Of a DNA stretch of 64,000 nt, positions 45,473-54,389 are shown piece after piece (the stretch's first letter is position 1; each line of letters starts with the position of its first letter). This DNA comes from an uncultured Gemmatimonas sp. (GTDB taxonomy: Bacteria; Gemmatimonadota; Gemmatimonadetes; Gemmatimonadales; GWC2-71-9). A program made the translations under genes and the position numbers. The DNA lies in NCBI GenBank assembly GCA_964535105.1, contig CAZHSO010000001.1, positions 1,779 to 65,778 on the forward strand, in the 5' to 3' direction. The notes under the pieces are model-generated. The model worked only from the letters and a program-made list of their open reading frames with translations, was not told the origin of the DNA and made no database searches.

Positions 45473-46377
45473 TGGCACTCACCCATTCCTTCACCCTCGG
45501 CGCTTTCAAATGCCACTCGCTCGAGAGCGGCACCCAGCGTCTCGACGGAGGGGCGATGTTCGGCATCGTTCCCAAGCCCCTGTGGTCCAGACGCGTCACT
45601 CCCGACGACCGCAACCGGATTCCGCTGGCGATGCGATGCCTGTTGATCGAGCATCCCGATGGACCGGTGCTCATAGATACGGGGCTGGGCAACAAGGAGG
45701 ACGCCAAGTTCCGGGACATCTACGGAGTCACGAACAGCGACCCCGGCGGGCGCACCCAGCTCGAGGCGGCCCTGACCGAAGCGGGTCTCGAGCCGTCCGA
45801 CGTGCGCTGGGTCATCAATACCCACCTGCATTTCGATCATGCGGGGGGCAACACCTGGGAGGAGCGCGACCAGAACGGCGTGGCCGTCGGTGGGGCCAAG
45901 CTCACCTTTCCCAACGCCACCTACGTCGTGCAGCGGGGTGATCTCGACTTCGCCCGTCACCCGAACGAGAGAACGCGCGCGTCGTACCTTCCCCACAACT
46001 TCGAGCCGGTCGCCGAAGCGGGGAAGTGGAAGCTCCTGCACGGCGACGTGGATGTACTTCCGGGCGTCTCGGTACGGGTCACGCCGGGGCACGTGCCGTA
46101 TCATCAAAGTGTCCTGGTGCGCAGCGCGGGAGAAACGCTGTTCTATCTGGCGGACGTGATGCCCACCCGGCACCATCTCCCGCTTCCCTGGATCATGGGG
46201 TACGATTTGGAGCCTCTTCGCACGCTGGAGTCGAAGCGGAAACTGGTCCGGGAGGCGCTCGAAGAGGAATGGTGGCTCTTCTTCGAACACGATCCCGATG
46301 TCGTGATGGGACGGGTGGGAGAAGGCGACAGAGGCCCTGAGATCGCCGCTGCCGTCCCGAAGCCTTTGTCACCCTGA
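45472..46377 (+). CDS. MBL-fold metallo-hydrolase
   Basis: THLHFDHAGG motif plus downstream His/Asp ligands. The stop codon lies inside the GTCACCCTGAGCG repeat. Confidence 0.85.
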   Translation: MALTHSFTLGAFKCHSLESGTQRLDGGAMFGIVPKPLWSRRVTPDDRNRIPLAMRCLLIEHPDGPVLIDTGLGNKEDAKFRDIYGVTNSDPGGRTQLEAALTEAGLEPSDVRWVINTHLHFDHAGGNTWEERDQNGVAVGGAKLTFPNATYVVQRGDLDFARHPNERTRASYLPHNFEPVAEAGKWKLLHGDVDVLPGVSVRVTPGHVPYHQSVLVRSAGETLFYLADVMPTRHHLPLPWIMGYDLEPLRTLESKRKLVREALEEEWWLFFEHDPDVVMGRVGEGDRGPEIAAAVPKPLSP

Positions 46378-46400
46378 GCGCAGCGAAGGGGCGTAGCCCC
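46368..46400. repeat. GTCACCCTGAG-N3-GCGAAGGG family element
   Basis: gtcaccctgagcgcagcgaaggggcgtagcccc contains a ggggc-gta-gcccc hairpin. Related copies lie at 21097-21124 and, inverted, at 16358-16384. Confidence 0.75.
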
Positions 46401-46412
46401 TCCGGAGGCACC

Positions 46413-48317
46413 ATGCGTCTGACATCCGCCGTTGTCACTGTGTGTCTCCTCGCGACGCCGTCCGTCGCCACCGCGCAGCGCACCGCGAAGCCTCCGCTGC
46501 ACGGCCGGCACTGGATGGCCATCACCGGCAAGCCGCTCGGCGCCACGACCGGCGCCATGATCTTCCAGAAGGGCGGCAATGCCGTGGACGCGGCGTGCGC
46601 GATGCTCGCCTCGGTCGCGACGATGTGGGATGTGCTCTCCTGGGGCGGTGAGACCCAGGCCCTCATCTATCATCCGGGTCTCAAGAAAGTCATCGGTATC
46701 AATGCGCTTGGCGTGGCCCCGACGGGAGCCACGGCCGCTTTTTTCAAGTCCAGGAGCATGCAGCATCCACCGGAGTTCGGGCCGCTCGCCGCCGTCACCC
46801 CGGGTACTCCAGGCGGGCTGATGACGATGCTGGCAGAATACGGCCGACTCTCCCTTCGGGAGGTTCTCGAGCCGGCGATCCAGCTCGCCGAGGGCTATCC
46901 GATCGAGGCCCAGACCGCCAACCGGATCGAGGCGGAGAAGGCACGAATCAAGGGGTGGAAGTATTCGCGCGAGGTGTTCCTCACGCACCCGGGGGCTGAT
47001 CGTGAGGCGCCGGAGGCGGGAGAGATCTTCCGGCAGCCCGACCTGCTGGTCACGCTGCGCAAGCTGGTCGAAGCGGAGCAGAATGCGCTGAGGGCGGGGA
47101 GGAGCAGAAAAGAAGCGATCTACGCCGCCTATGACCGGTTCTACCGGGGCGACATCGCAGAGGAGCTGGTGCGCGGCACGCAGGAAGAGGGCGGACTGAT
47201 CACGATGCAGGATCTGGCCGCGTGGAAGGTGAAGATCGAGGAGCCGCTCTCCACCACCTACCGCGGGATCGAGGTCTACAAACTTCCGATGTGGCAGCAG
47301 GGCCCGGCGATGCTTCAGGCGCTCAATATCCTGGAGAACGCCGACATCAAGGCGATGGGCTACAACAGCACGCGCTATCTCCACACGGTGTATCAGGCGA
47401 TGAGCCTCGCCTTCGCCGATCGTGATTTCTACTACGGCGATCCCGCCTTCGCACCCGAAGAGCCGGTCCGGGGTCTCTTGTCCAAGGAATACGCCAAGCA
47501 GCGTTACGCCACGATCAACTGGGAGCGGAACGATCCCGCCATCAAGCCGGGCGATCCCTATCCCTTCCAGGGTGGCAGCAACCCGTTCCTCGATCTGCTG
47601 GCCAGGTGGAACGTACGGGGCAGCGCGGCAGCGACAACTCCGAGTGCCGATGCCGTTCCACCCACAGACGGCACAGATGACACAGATGCTCATACATCGA
47701 TGTTCGTGGGCGACCGGTTCAAGGACGCCTTTTATCGAGGGACCACCTCGATCGAAGCCGCGGACGCCGAGGGGTGGGTGGTGTCGGTCACGCCAAGCGG
47801 AGGGTGGGTTCCCGCGGTGATCGCCGGGCGGACCGGCGTCGGTTTGAGCCAGCGGATGCAGAGCTTCGTGACCGATGCCGCCGACGGGCCGTTCAACGTG
47901 GTGGAGCCCGGCAAGCGGCCGCGGGTGACGCTGACGCCGACGATGGCGCTCAAGGACGGTTTGCCGTACTTGTCGTTCGCGGTGCAGGGGGGTGACAGTC
48001 AGGATCAGAACCTGCTGCAGTTCTTCCTCAACGTCGTCGAGTTCGGGATGACCGTGCAGGAGGCGGTCGAAGCGCCCAACATGAATTCATTCCAGATGCG
48101 CACCTCATTCGGGGCGCATGAGTCGCGCCCGGGACGGATGCTGCTGGCGGATGCGGTGCCGGAGTGGATCCGCGCCGATCTTCGGAGGATGGGATACGCG
48201 CTGGAGTTCGAGGCGCGCACCTCCGGGCCGATCAACGCGATCTACTTCGACCGCAAGCACGGCTCGATGTGGGGCGGGTCGAGCCATCATGGGGAGGACT
48301 ACGGGATCGCGTGGTGA
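46413..48317 (+). CDS. ggt: secreted gamma-glutamyltransferase-family (Ntn hydrolase) protein
   Basis: Signal peptide MRLTSAVVTVCLLATPSVATAQ. Putative autoprocessing site ...FYRG/TTSIEAAD. C-terminal GGSSHHGEDYG-type motif. Confidence 0.75.
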   Translation: MRLTSAVVTVCLLATPSVATAQRTAKPPLHGRHWMAITGKPLGATTGAMIFQKGGNAVDAACAMLASVATMWDVLSWGGETQALIYHPGLKKVIGINALGVAPTGATAAFFKSRSMQHPPEFGPLAAVTPGTPGGLMTMLAEYGRLSLREVLEPAIQLAEGYPIEAQTANRIEAEKARIKGWKYSREVFLTHPGADREAPEAGEIFRQPDLLVTLRKLVEAEQNALRAGRSRKEAIYAAYDRFYRGDIAEELVRGTQEEGGLITMQDLAAWKVKIEEPLSTTYRGIEVYKLPMWQQGPAMLQALNILENADIKAMGYNSTRYLHTVYQAMSLAFADRDFYYGDPAFAPEEPVRGLLSKEYAKQRYATINWERNDPAIKPGDPYPFQGGSNPFLDLLARWNVRGSAAATTPSADAVPPTDGTDDTDAHTSMFVGDRFKDAFYRGTTSIEAADAEGWVVSVTPSGGWVPAVIAGRTGVGLSQRMQSFVTDAADGPFNVVEPGKRPRVTLTPTMALKDGLPYLSFAVQGGDSQDQNLLQFFLNVVEFGMTVQEAVEAPNMNSFQMRTSFGAHESRPGRMLLADAVPEWIRADLRRMGYALEFEARTSGPINAIYFDRKHGSMWGGSSHHGEDYGIAW

Positions 48318-48383
48318 GGGGGTCGGGCCCGCATGTCTGAAAGGTCCTGCACTCGATCGGGTACCCAATGAATGAACCCAGAG

Positions 48384-48421
48384 TGTTACCTATGTCCTCG
48401 ATCTATTTGTTACCTATGTCC
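48384..48421. repeat. direct repeat TGTTACCTATGTCC x2 (24-nt period)
   Basis: Copies at 48384-48397 and 48408-48421. The second overlaps the 3' end of the minus-strand methyltransferase gene. Confidence 0.8.
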
Positions 48422-49192
48422 CCGGCCGCTCACCCGCGCATAGATGTCCGCATGCCAGGCGAGCGTCGACGCCTGATACGTACGAGTGAAGCCGCTCTGT
48501 CGCAGGAGGGCGTCCAGCGCCGTCGGTGGATGGACAAACGCGCGGAACGGATTGCCCCGAACCCGCCGGAGGGCGTTCTCCACCCCGAGGGCTGCCCGGA
48601 CGAACCAACGACCTCTGGGGTAGGACAACGCGAGAAATCGCCGCGTGTGCTCGGCCGCCTCCTCGAGGAGTGGACGGTAGGCGGGATAACAGCAAACCAC
48701 TCTGTCGAGGCTCACCACGTCGGCCGGCTCCAGCTCCGGTGCGACGGTCACAAAATCGGCCTCCCGCCACCGAATCTTCCCGGCCCATCCTTGTCGCTCG
48801 GCCTCCGCCCGGCCTATGGTCACAGACGCCGGCGACAAATCCACACACTGCGCTCGGGCCATGCCGGCCTTGAGCAACTCGAAGGTCAAGACACCGATTC
48901 CCGCCCCGACGTCAAGCAACGTACCCTCGGTTGCGCCAAGGGTTTGGAGGCCGGTTAGGAGGCGTCGGGTCGTGGGACCGGGACCTTTTCGATGATAGGC
49001 TTCGAGTTCGGCGCGCGCGCGCTTGTCGTCGAAGTGCCGAGCGGTGAAGGCGGTCGTGGCAGAGCAGGAGCAAGTCATCGCGCGTTCAAAGAAGGGACCG
49101 CCACCTAACCAGTACTTAAGCCGCTCCGGTAACCGTACCACCAGGCGTGAATCTCTGCAACCACCGCTGTCTATTCCGAGAGCAGCCAGCAA
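48410..49192 (-). CDS. class I SAM-dependent methyltransferase
   Basis: Motif I LLDVGAGIGVLTFELL, with a post-I acidic residue. Start uncertain (listed 49192, or ATG 49078 giving MTCSCSATT...). Confidence 0.75.
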   Translation of the reverse strand: MLAALGIDSGGCRDSRLVVRLPERLKYWLGGGPFFERAMTCSCSATTAFTARHFDDKRARAELEAYHRKGPGPTTRRLLTGLQTLGATEGTLLDVGAGIGVLTFELLKAGMARAQCVDLSPASVTIGRAEAERQGWAGKIRWREADFVTVAPELEPADVVSLDRVVCCYPAYRPLLEEAAEHTRRFLALSYPRGRWFVRAALGVENALRRVRGNPFRAFVHPPTALDALLRQSGFTRTYQASTLAWHADIYARVSGRGHR

Positions 49193-49300
49193 TCCCGTGG
49201 CCCGAGAATACTCGTAGTGGGAAGGACTTGCGCTTGAATCACGTTCGCGCGCCCTGCCGGCTATTGCCGCGAAGAAACGCAGTCTGATCGGTCCCCGAGC

Positions 49301-50131
49301 TCAGCCGACGGTATCCACTTTCCTGGCCACGAAGATCAGCTCACCCGGATACGTCGTCCCGTAGGCGCTCTTATCGTATCCTCCGTACAGCTGCACGATC
49401 CCGAACCCGGCCCGGGCGAGCAGGTGCTCGGCCTCGAAACGAAACAGGTATCGCATCGGGAAGGCATGGACCAGGCGCTCAATGCGTCCATCGGGATGCA
49501 CCACGTCGTAGATGAGCTCGACGTGATTGACCTGCATGAGACGGTCGTGTGAAGCGATACGGTGATGCCGGGTAACTCGCCGGCCGTCCGGCAGCGTGAA
49601 CTCGGGACCCTCCTCGACTTCCTCCCCCCCAGGCCTGTTCACCAGCGCATCGAGCGACGGGTTGAACAGATCGAGAATCAGCGTCCCTCCGGGGGCCAGG
49701 TGCCGGGAAATACTCTCGAGGCACGAGAGCTGGTCAACCACCGTGACCAGGTGCTGAAAGGGACGAAACGGGATCGTGGCCAGTGTGAAAGTCCGACCGA
49801 GGTCGAACCGGCGCATATCAGCCTGGACCAGCTCAACTCGCGCCCGCACCGACTCCGGTTCGTCCCGCAGCCGCCGGCGACACTCCGCCAGCATGCTCGG
49901 CGACAGATCAAGTCCCACAATGTCGATGCCGGCACGCGCGGTCGGAATGAGCACGCGGCCGGTGCCACAGCCGATCTCCAGAACCGAAGACCCCGCCTCC
50001 CTTGCCGCTTCCACTAAGAAGCCCACGTCGGGCCGGTCGCGATACGCCCCCACGTGGTCGTAGAGGTCGGCGACCACCTCGTACTCGTCGTTCTCAGGAC
50101 TCACCCGCCCACCTCCCGGCAATCTCGGCAT
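49301..50131 (-). CDS. class I SAM-dependent methyltransferase
   Basis: Motif I VLEIGCGTGRVLIP, LDLSPSML and GGTLILD. The listed start overlaps the upstream peptidase gene by 38 nt; GTG 50104 is also possible. Confidence 0.8.
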   Translation of the reverse strand: MPRLPGGGRVSPENDEYEVVADLYDHVGAYRDRPDVGFLVEAAREAGSSVLEIGCGTGRVLIPTARAGIDIVGLDLSPSMLAECRRRLRDEPESVRARVELVQADMRRFDLGRTFTLATIPFRPFQHLVTVVDQLSCLESISRHLAPGGTLILDLFNPSLDALVNRPGGEEVEEGPEFTLPDGRRVTRHHRIASHDRLMQVNHVELIYDVVHPDGRIERLVHAFPMRYLFRFEAEHLLARAGFGIVQLYGGYDKSAYGTTYPGELIFVARKVDTVG

Positions 50132-51236
50132 ACACCTCCACGGAGGTCTCCAGTAGTGAAACGCGACAGAATTCGTCGGTCTTGTGGGCCATCTCCGGCT
50201 GGCCGGGGCCGAGTATGATCGTCGGCGGGTTGCCGAAAGCCTGCGTCAAGACCGAGGCATCGGTAAAGTAGGGAACTCCTCCCGGACGCGGGCGCTCGCC
50301 GAGGACGCGTTCCATCACGTCGAATACACCTTGGATCCACGGATGGGCGGGGTCCGTCTCGATGCTGGCGGCGCCTTCGAGGCGCTCGATGCTCACATCC
50401 TCGCCGAGCTCGGCTTGAAGTCGGGCCATGAGGGAATCTTCGCGCTGACCCGGCACCAGGCGGATGTCGACTCCAATCGAAGCCGCATCGGCCACGGAAT
50501 TGATGTTCGCGCCCCCCGCGATCGTTCCGATGTTGAGTGTGGGAGACCCGAGAAGCGGATGTGCCCCCGTGCGAAAGTCAAAATCTCGAAGCTGATGAAT
50601 CACCTCCGCCATCCGGTGAATCGCATTGACCCCCTGTTCTGGCATCGATCCATGGGCGGAGACGCCCCGCGTCGAAATCCGGTACCGCACGCATCCCTTG
50701 TGGGCGATCAGCGGTTGATTCGCCGTCGGCTCCCCTACGACCAGCGCCCCGACTCGGCCTCCGAGGTCGACGCTCCCGGCGAGGTGCCGGGCGCCTTCGC
50801 AGGACGTCTCTTCCCCAGCAGTGATGACGAGCATGATTCCCGCTTTCCGACCCCGCACTGCCACGTGCCGCAGCGCCATCACCACCATCGCGGCCACCGC
50901 CGCTTTCATGTCGGAAGCACCCCGGCCGTAGAGGCGATCGTCCACCACGTCGCCGCCGAACGCATCGTGGGTCCAGGGAGCGGCACCAAGGGGAACGGTA
51001 TCGAGATGACCGGTGAAGCCGATGGGGAGCCGGTCGTCGCTGCCCGCCAGCGTGGCGAGCAGCGTCGTGCGGCCGGGGGCGAAATCGAAATAGCGGGTCT
51101 CGTAGCCCGCCCCGGCAAGAAGGTCTCCAAGGAGGTGCGCCGCCGCTGATTCGTTCCCCGGAGGGTTGATCGTATCCAGCGCGATGAGGCGCCGGGCCAG
51201 CGCGAGCGCGCCGCTGCCGGATCCTCCAGAGATCAC
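50094..51236 (-). CDS. M20-family metallopeptidase (ArgE/DapE-like deacylase)
   Basis: Motifs GHLDTVP, RGASDMKA and GEETSCEG. Dimerisation-domain length is typical of M20A. Confidence 0.85.
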   Translation of the reverse strand: MISGGSGSGALALARRLIALDTINPPGNESAAAHLLGDLLAGAGYETRYFDFAPGRTTLLATLAGSDDRLPIGFTGHLDTVPLGAAPWTHDAFGGDVVDDRLYGRGASDMKAAVAAMVVMALRHVAVRGRKAGIMLVITAGEETSCEGARHLAGSVDLGGRVGALVVGEPTANQPLIAHKGCVRYRISTRGVSAHGSMPEQGVNAIHRMAEVIHQLRDFDFRTGAHPLLGSPTLNIGTIAGGANINSVADAASIGVDIRLVPGQREDSLMARLQAELGEDVSIERLEGAASIETDPAHPWIQGVFDVMERVLGERPRPGGVPYFTDASVLTQAFGNPPTIILGPGQPEMAHKTDEFCRVSLLETSVEVYAEIAGRWAGES

Positions 51237-52042
51237 CGGATCTGGAAGGTCAGCGTGGCCCAGTTCGACACATAGTCCGTGACGCCGCCGGTCAGCTTCA
51301 CCATCGAGATGAATTTGACGTAGTAGTGGCCTCGGCGCGTGAGGCGGATGTTCGCCTCCCCATCAGGCCCGGTGCGGACCGTCTGAACCGGAAGGCGGGC
51401 ATTGCCGGTGGTACGGCCCCCTGCGAGCAGGGTAAGGCCCGCTGCCGGCGTGCCATTGACGAGCGCGCGAACACGGAGGGTTCCCCCGGGCTTGACCGAG
51501 TAGGGGTTGTCGAGCGGGATCAACTCGGCGGGATACCCCAGTACGGCGGCGAAGCCATCGTTCCGCGCCGTGCCGACCTGGAGGACCGCCTTCACATGTT
51601 TGGCATACCGCTCACTCGCGGAATCGGAGGTGATTCCCTCGCGCTTCCGGGCATCCAGGACCTCAGTCAGTCCCTCCTCGGCGAGGTACCCGCTGAATTC
51701 CATGCCGCTGATCTTGAGCTGGTTCGGACGGGTCGAGAGCCCCAGCACATAGGTCCCGGCCCCCTCAGTGGTGATGCTGATAAACGTGGTGTCCCCGCGC
51801 GCCTTCACCACCGTCGTGTCGTACCGGACGCGGTTGCCCGGCGCGATGAGGCTGATGTCGGCGATGCGGTTCCGGTCGATCGAATTCTCGGTGGTGCTGA
51901 ACGTGCCGTTGAGCAGCGGGACGACGACCGAGGTGTTCTCCGCCAGGAAAAAGCTTTTCAGCTTGAGGAACATGTCGTGCGCGCTGAGCGCGCTCGTCAG
52001 CGCCAGGCTGAGCACCACGAGGACCGCAACGGGTTTCCGCAT
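51233..52042 (-). CDS. DUF4198-like periplasmic protein
   Basis: ATG 52042 gives the signal peptide MRKPVAVLVVLSLALTSALSAHD.... All-beta composition. My recollection of DUF4198 (an SAHD/HDFW start after the signal peptide) fits only loosely. Confidence 0.5.
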   Translation of the reverse strand: MRKPVAVLVVLSLALTSALSAHDMFLKLKSFFLAENTSVVVPLLNGTFSTTENSIDRNRIADISLIAPGNRVRYDTTVVKARGDTTFISITTEGAGTYVLGLSTRPNQLKISGMEFSGYLAEEGLTEVLDARKREGITSDSASERYAKHVKAVLQVGTARNDGFAAVLGYPAELIPLDNPYSVKPGGTLRVRALVNGTPAAGLTLLAGGRTTGNARLPVQTVRTGPDGEANIRLTRRGHYYVKFISMVKLTGGVTDYVSNWATLTFQIR

Positions 52043-52107
52043 CTGATTCCTCCGAGGGATACCCTCTTGAAGGTTGGCGATCGAGCGTAAGATGGCGCCG
52101 GGAGGCC

Positions 52108-52611
52108 TCATCCGCAGAACATCCGCCGCGGGCGCCACTCGGCGTCGAACCCTCCTCGCGTCGTCCGCCCATCAGCGAGCCGGAGGTCAACGTACCCGCT
52201 CAGCCTGCCGTCGGCGCCGACCTCCCGCACCTTGATCCTACCGCTCGGCATAGCGGTACAGCGCTCCCGTTCACAGAGTGCACCCGCCGCGACTCCGCGT
52301 TTGTCCGGCCAGCGGTACGTCCCCGCACGAATCCCCGAGGGCTTGGTTCCGCCGCTGCCCCGGGGATAGATCGCCAGCCGAAGCTGTGGCGAGTCACCCC
52401 CTTCGAGGACGCTGTCGCCCGGAGTGAGCGGCTCACCTCGCAGCACGAGGCTCACCGCGTAGCCATCCCACGGAGCGCAACTGGGCCCTGCATATGCGAA
52501 GTTGAGTCCCGCCGGTGGCGCCGTGGGCTCAGGCGGAGCGGAGCAACCCAGGAGGGCGAGAATGGCCAGGACGCTGCGATTCGCCGCCACCTTACGCCTC
52601 CGTCCGTGCAC
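52108..52611 (-). CDS. hypothetical lipoprotein
   Basis: GTG 52611 gives VHGRRRKVAANRSVLAILALLGC (a lipobox). The listed ORF extends to 52698. No family recognised. Confidence 0.5.
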   Translation of the reverse strand: MHGRRRKVAANRSVLAILALLGCSAPPEPTAPPAGLNFAYAGPSCAPWDGYAVSLVLRGEPLTPGDSVLEGGDSPQLRLAIYPRGSGGTKPSGIRAGTYRWPDKRGVAAGALCERERCTAMPSGRIKVREVGADGRLSGYVDLRLADGRTTRGGFDAEWRPRRMFCG

Positions 52612-52862
52612 GATGGTTGATCCAATAATAGAACAGGAGACTGAATCCGAGGCCACCCGGGCTTTGGGCGGCGACCCGGGTCGACCGGCCATTGACAAAC
52701 CCGGCCGCAGGGCGCGACTCTAGACCCAGCCCGCGTTGGGGCGCCTCCTGTCCGCGGCAAGGGAGAATACTCCCACCCATCCGGCTTCGAAGCCACATCG
52801 CCGAGCCTTCTTCCGGCCTGTATTTCAGCGGACTTCAGGCGGCTACGGGAGGAAGGTTTTCC

Positions 52863-54389
52863 ATGAGCAGGCAGCTCACGCCCCAGAGCACCCTCGAGAA
52901 TCTCAAGATCGGCCATGCCGAGCGCGTCGCTTCGTTCCTGCGGAATGCGAGCCTCGACTGGCGGGTCGGCGGATCGATGCGGACCTCGTGCCGCCACACC
53001 GCCGAGCGCCTGCTCCGGCGGCATCCCGATATTGCGCGCGACAGCATCTACACCGCCCTTGTGTGCGGCGATCTGGAGGAGGTGGAGCGTCTTCTGGCGG
53101 CACGGCCGCAGGCTGCCTCCGAGCCGGGGGGGCCGCGCGGATGGCCACCACTGCTCTACCTCTGTTCCGCACGACTGTCCCTCCCTGCCGCGAGCAAAAA
53201 CGCCGTGCGAATCGCGAAGGCTCTGCTCGACCACGGCGCGGACCCGAGCGCCTACTACCCCGGTGGAAATGAGAGCATCCACTACACGGCGCTGACCTGT
53301 ATCGCCGGCGAGGGAGAGGAGGACGGAGCGCCACACCCGGCGCGAGAGGCGCTCTGGCAGTTGCTGCTGGAGCGTGGCGCCGAGCCGTACGACATCCAGA
53401 CGCTCTATAACACGCACTTTCGCGGCGATGTCCTCTGGTTCCTCGAGCTGATGTACGCCGAGGCCGTGAAGCTCGGCCGCCAGGCTGACTGGGATGATCC
53501 GAGCTGGTCGATGCTGGACATGGGCGGATACGGTCCCGGCGCGCACTACCTGCTCGGAATCGCCGTGCGGAAGAACGATCTTCGACTGGCCGAATGGATC
53601 CTGGCGCATGGCGCGAACCCCAACTTGCCGAAGTCCTCCCATCCGAAGTTCCTACCGAAAGCAACCCTGTACGAAGAGGCAGTGCGCTTGGGCCATTCGG
53701 AGATGGCCGAGCTGCTGGTGCGCCATGGCGCCACCAGGAGTGCGTTGGTCCTCGAGGGGGTGGAGGCCTTTGCGGCGGCATGCTTCCGCCTGGACCGTCC
53801 GCAGGCACAGGCGATTCTGCAAGAGCATCCCGAGTACCTGCGCTCGCCGGTCGCGATGTTCGCCGCGGCCAGGCGCGGCCGCGCCGACGTCGTCGCCTTC
53901 CTGCTCGATCTCGGAATGTCGGTCGATGTGCGGGACACGAACAATACGCGGGCGCTGCACGAGGCGGCTTATGCCGACGCGCCACGCGTGGTGACGCTTC
54001 TTCTGGAGCGGGGCGCCGAGGTGGATCCCCGTGATTCCAACCATGGCAACACGCCCCTCGGCTGGGGGGTCTATGGGAAAAAGCAGCGCACGATCGAGCT
54101 CCTGAGCCGTGTCAGCCGGGATGTCTTCGAGCTCACCTGGATCGGCGCTGTCGAGCGACTGGGGGAGCTGTTGAGCGCGGAGCCCGAGCTTGCCAGGATC
54201 ATCGGCGGCGGCCACACCCCGCTGATGTGGCTGCCCGACGACGACGATCGCGCCATGGAGATCGCCAGACTCCTGCTCGCCCACGGCGCCGATCCGGCGC
54301 TGCGGAACAAGCAGGGGGAGACGGCGGCGGATCGCGCTTACCAGCGCGGGATGGATGAGATCGCGGTGCTCCTCAGCCCGACGCGCTGA
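52863..54389 (+). CDS. ankyrin-repeat protein
   Basis: ATG 52863. Multiple ANK units (e.g. TALHEAAYADAPRVVTLLLERGAEVDPRDSNHGNTPLGWG and LLLAHGADPALRNKQGETAAD). Confidence 0.8.
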   Translation: MSRQLTPQSTLENLKIGHAERVASFLRNASLDWRVGGSMRTSCRHTAERLLRRHPDIARDSIYTALVCGDLEEVERLLAARPQAASEPGGPRGWPPLLYLCSARLSLPAASKNAVRIAKALLDHGADPSAYYPGGNESIHYTALTCIAGEGEEDGAPHPAREALWQLLLERGAEPYDIQTLYNTHFRGDVLWFLELMYAEAVKLGRQADWDDPSWSMLDMGGYGPGAHYLLGIAVRKNDLRLAEWILAHGANPNLPKSSHPKFLPKATLYEEAVRLGHSEMAELLVRHGATRSALVLEGVEAFAAACFRLDRPQAQAILQEHPEYLRSPVAMFAAARRGRADVVAFLLDLGMSVDVRDTNNTRALHEAAYADAPRVVTLLLERGAEVDPRDSNHGNTPLGWGVYGKKQRTIELLSRVSRDVFELTWIGAVERLGELLSAEPELARIIGGGHTPLMWLPDDDDRAMEIARLLLAHGADPALRNKQGETAADRAYQRGMDEIAVLLSPTR

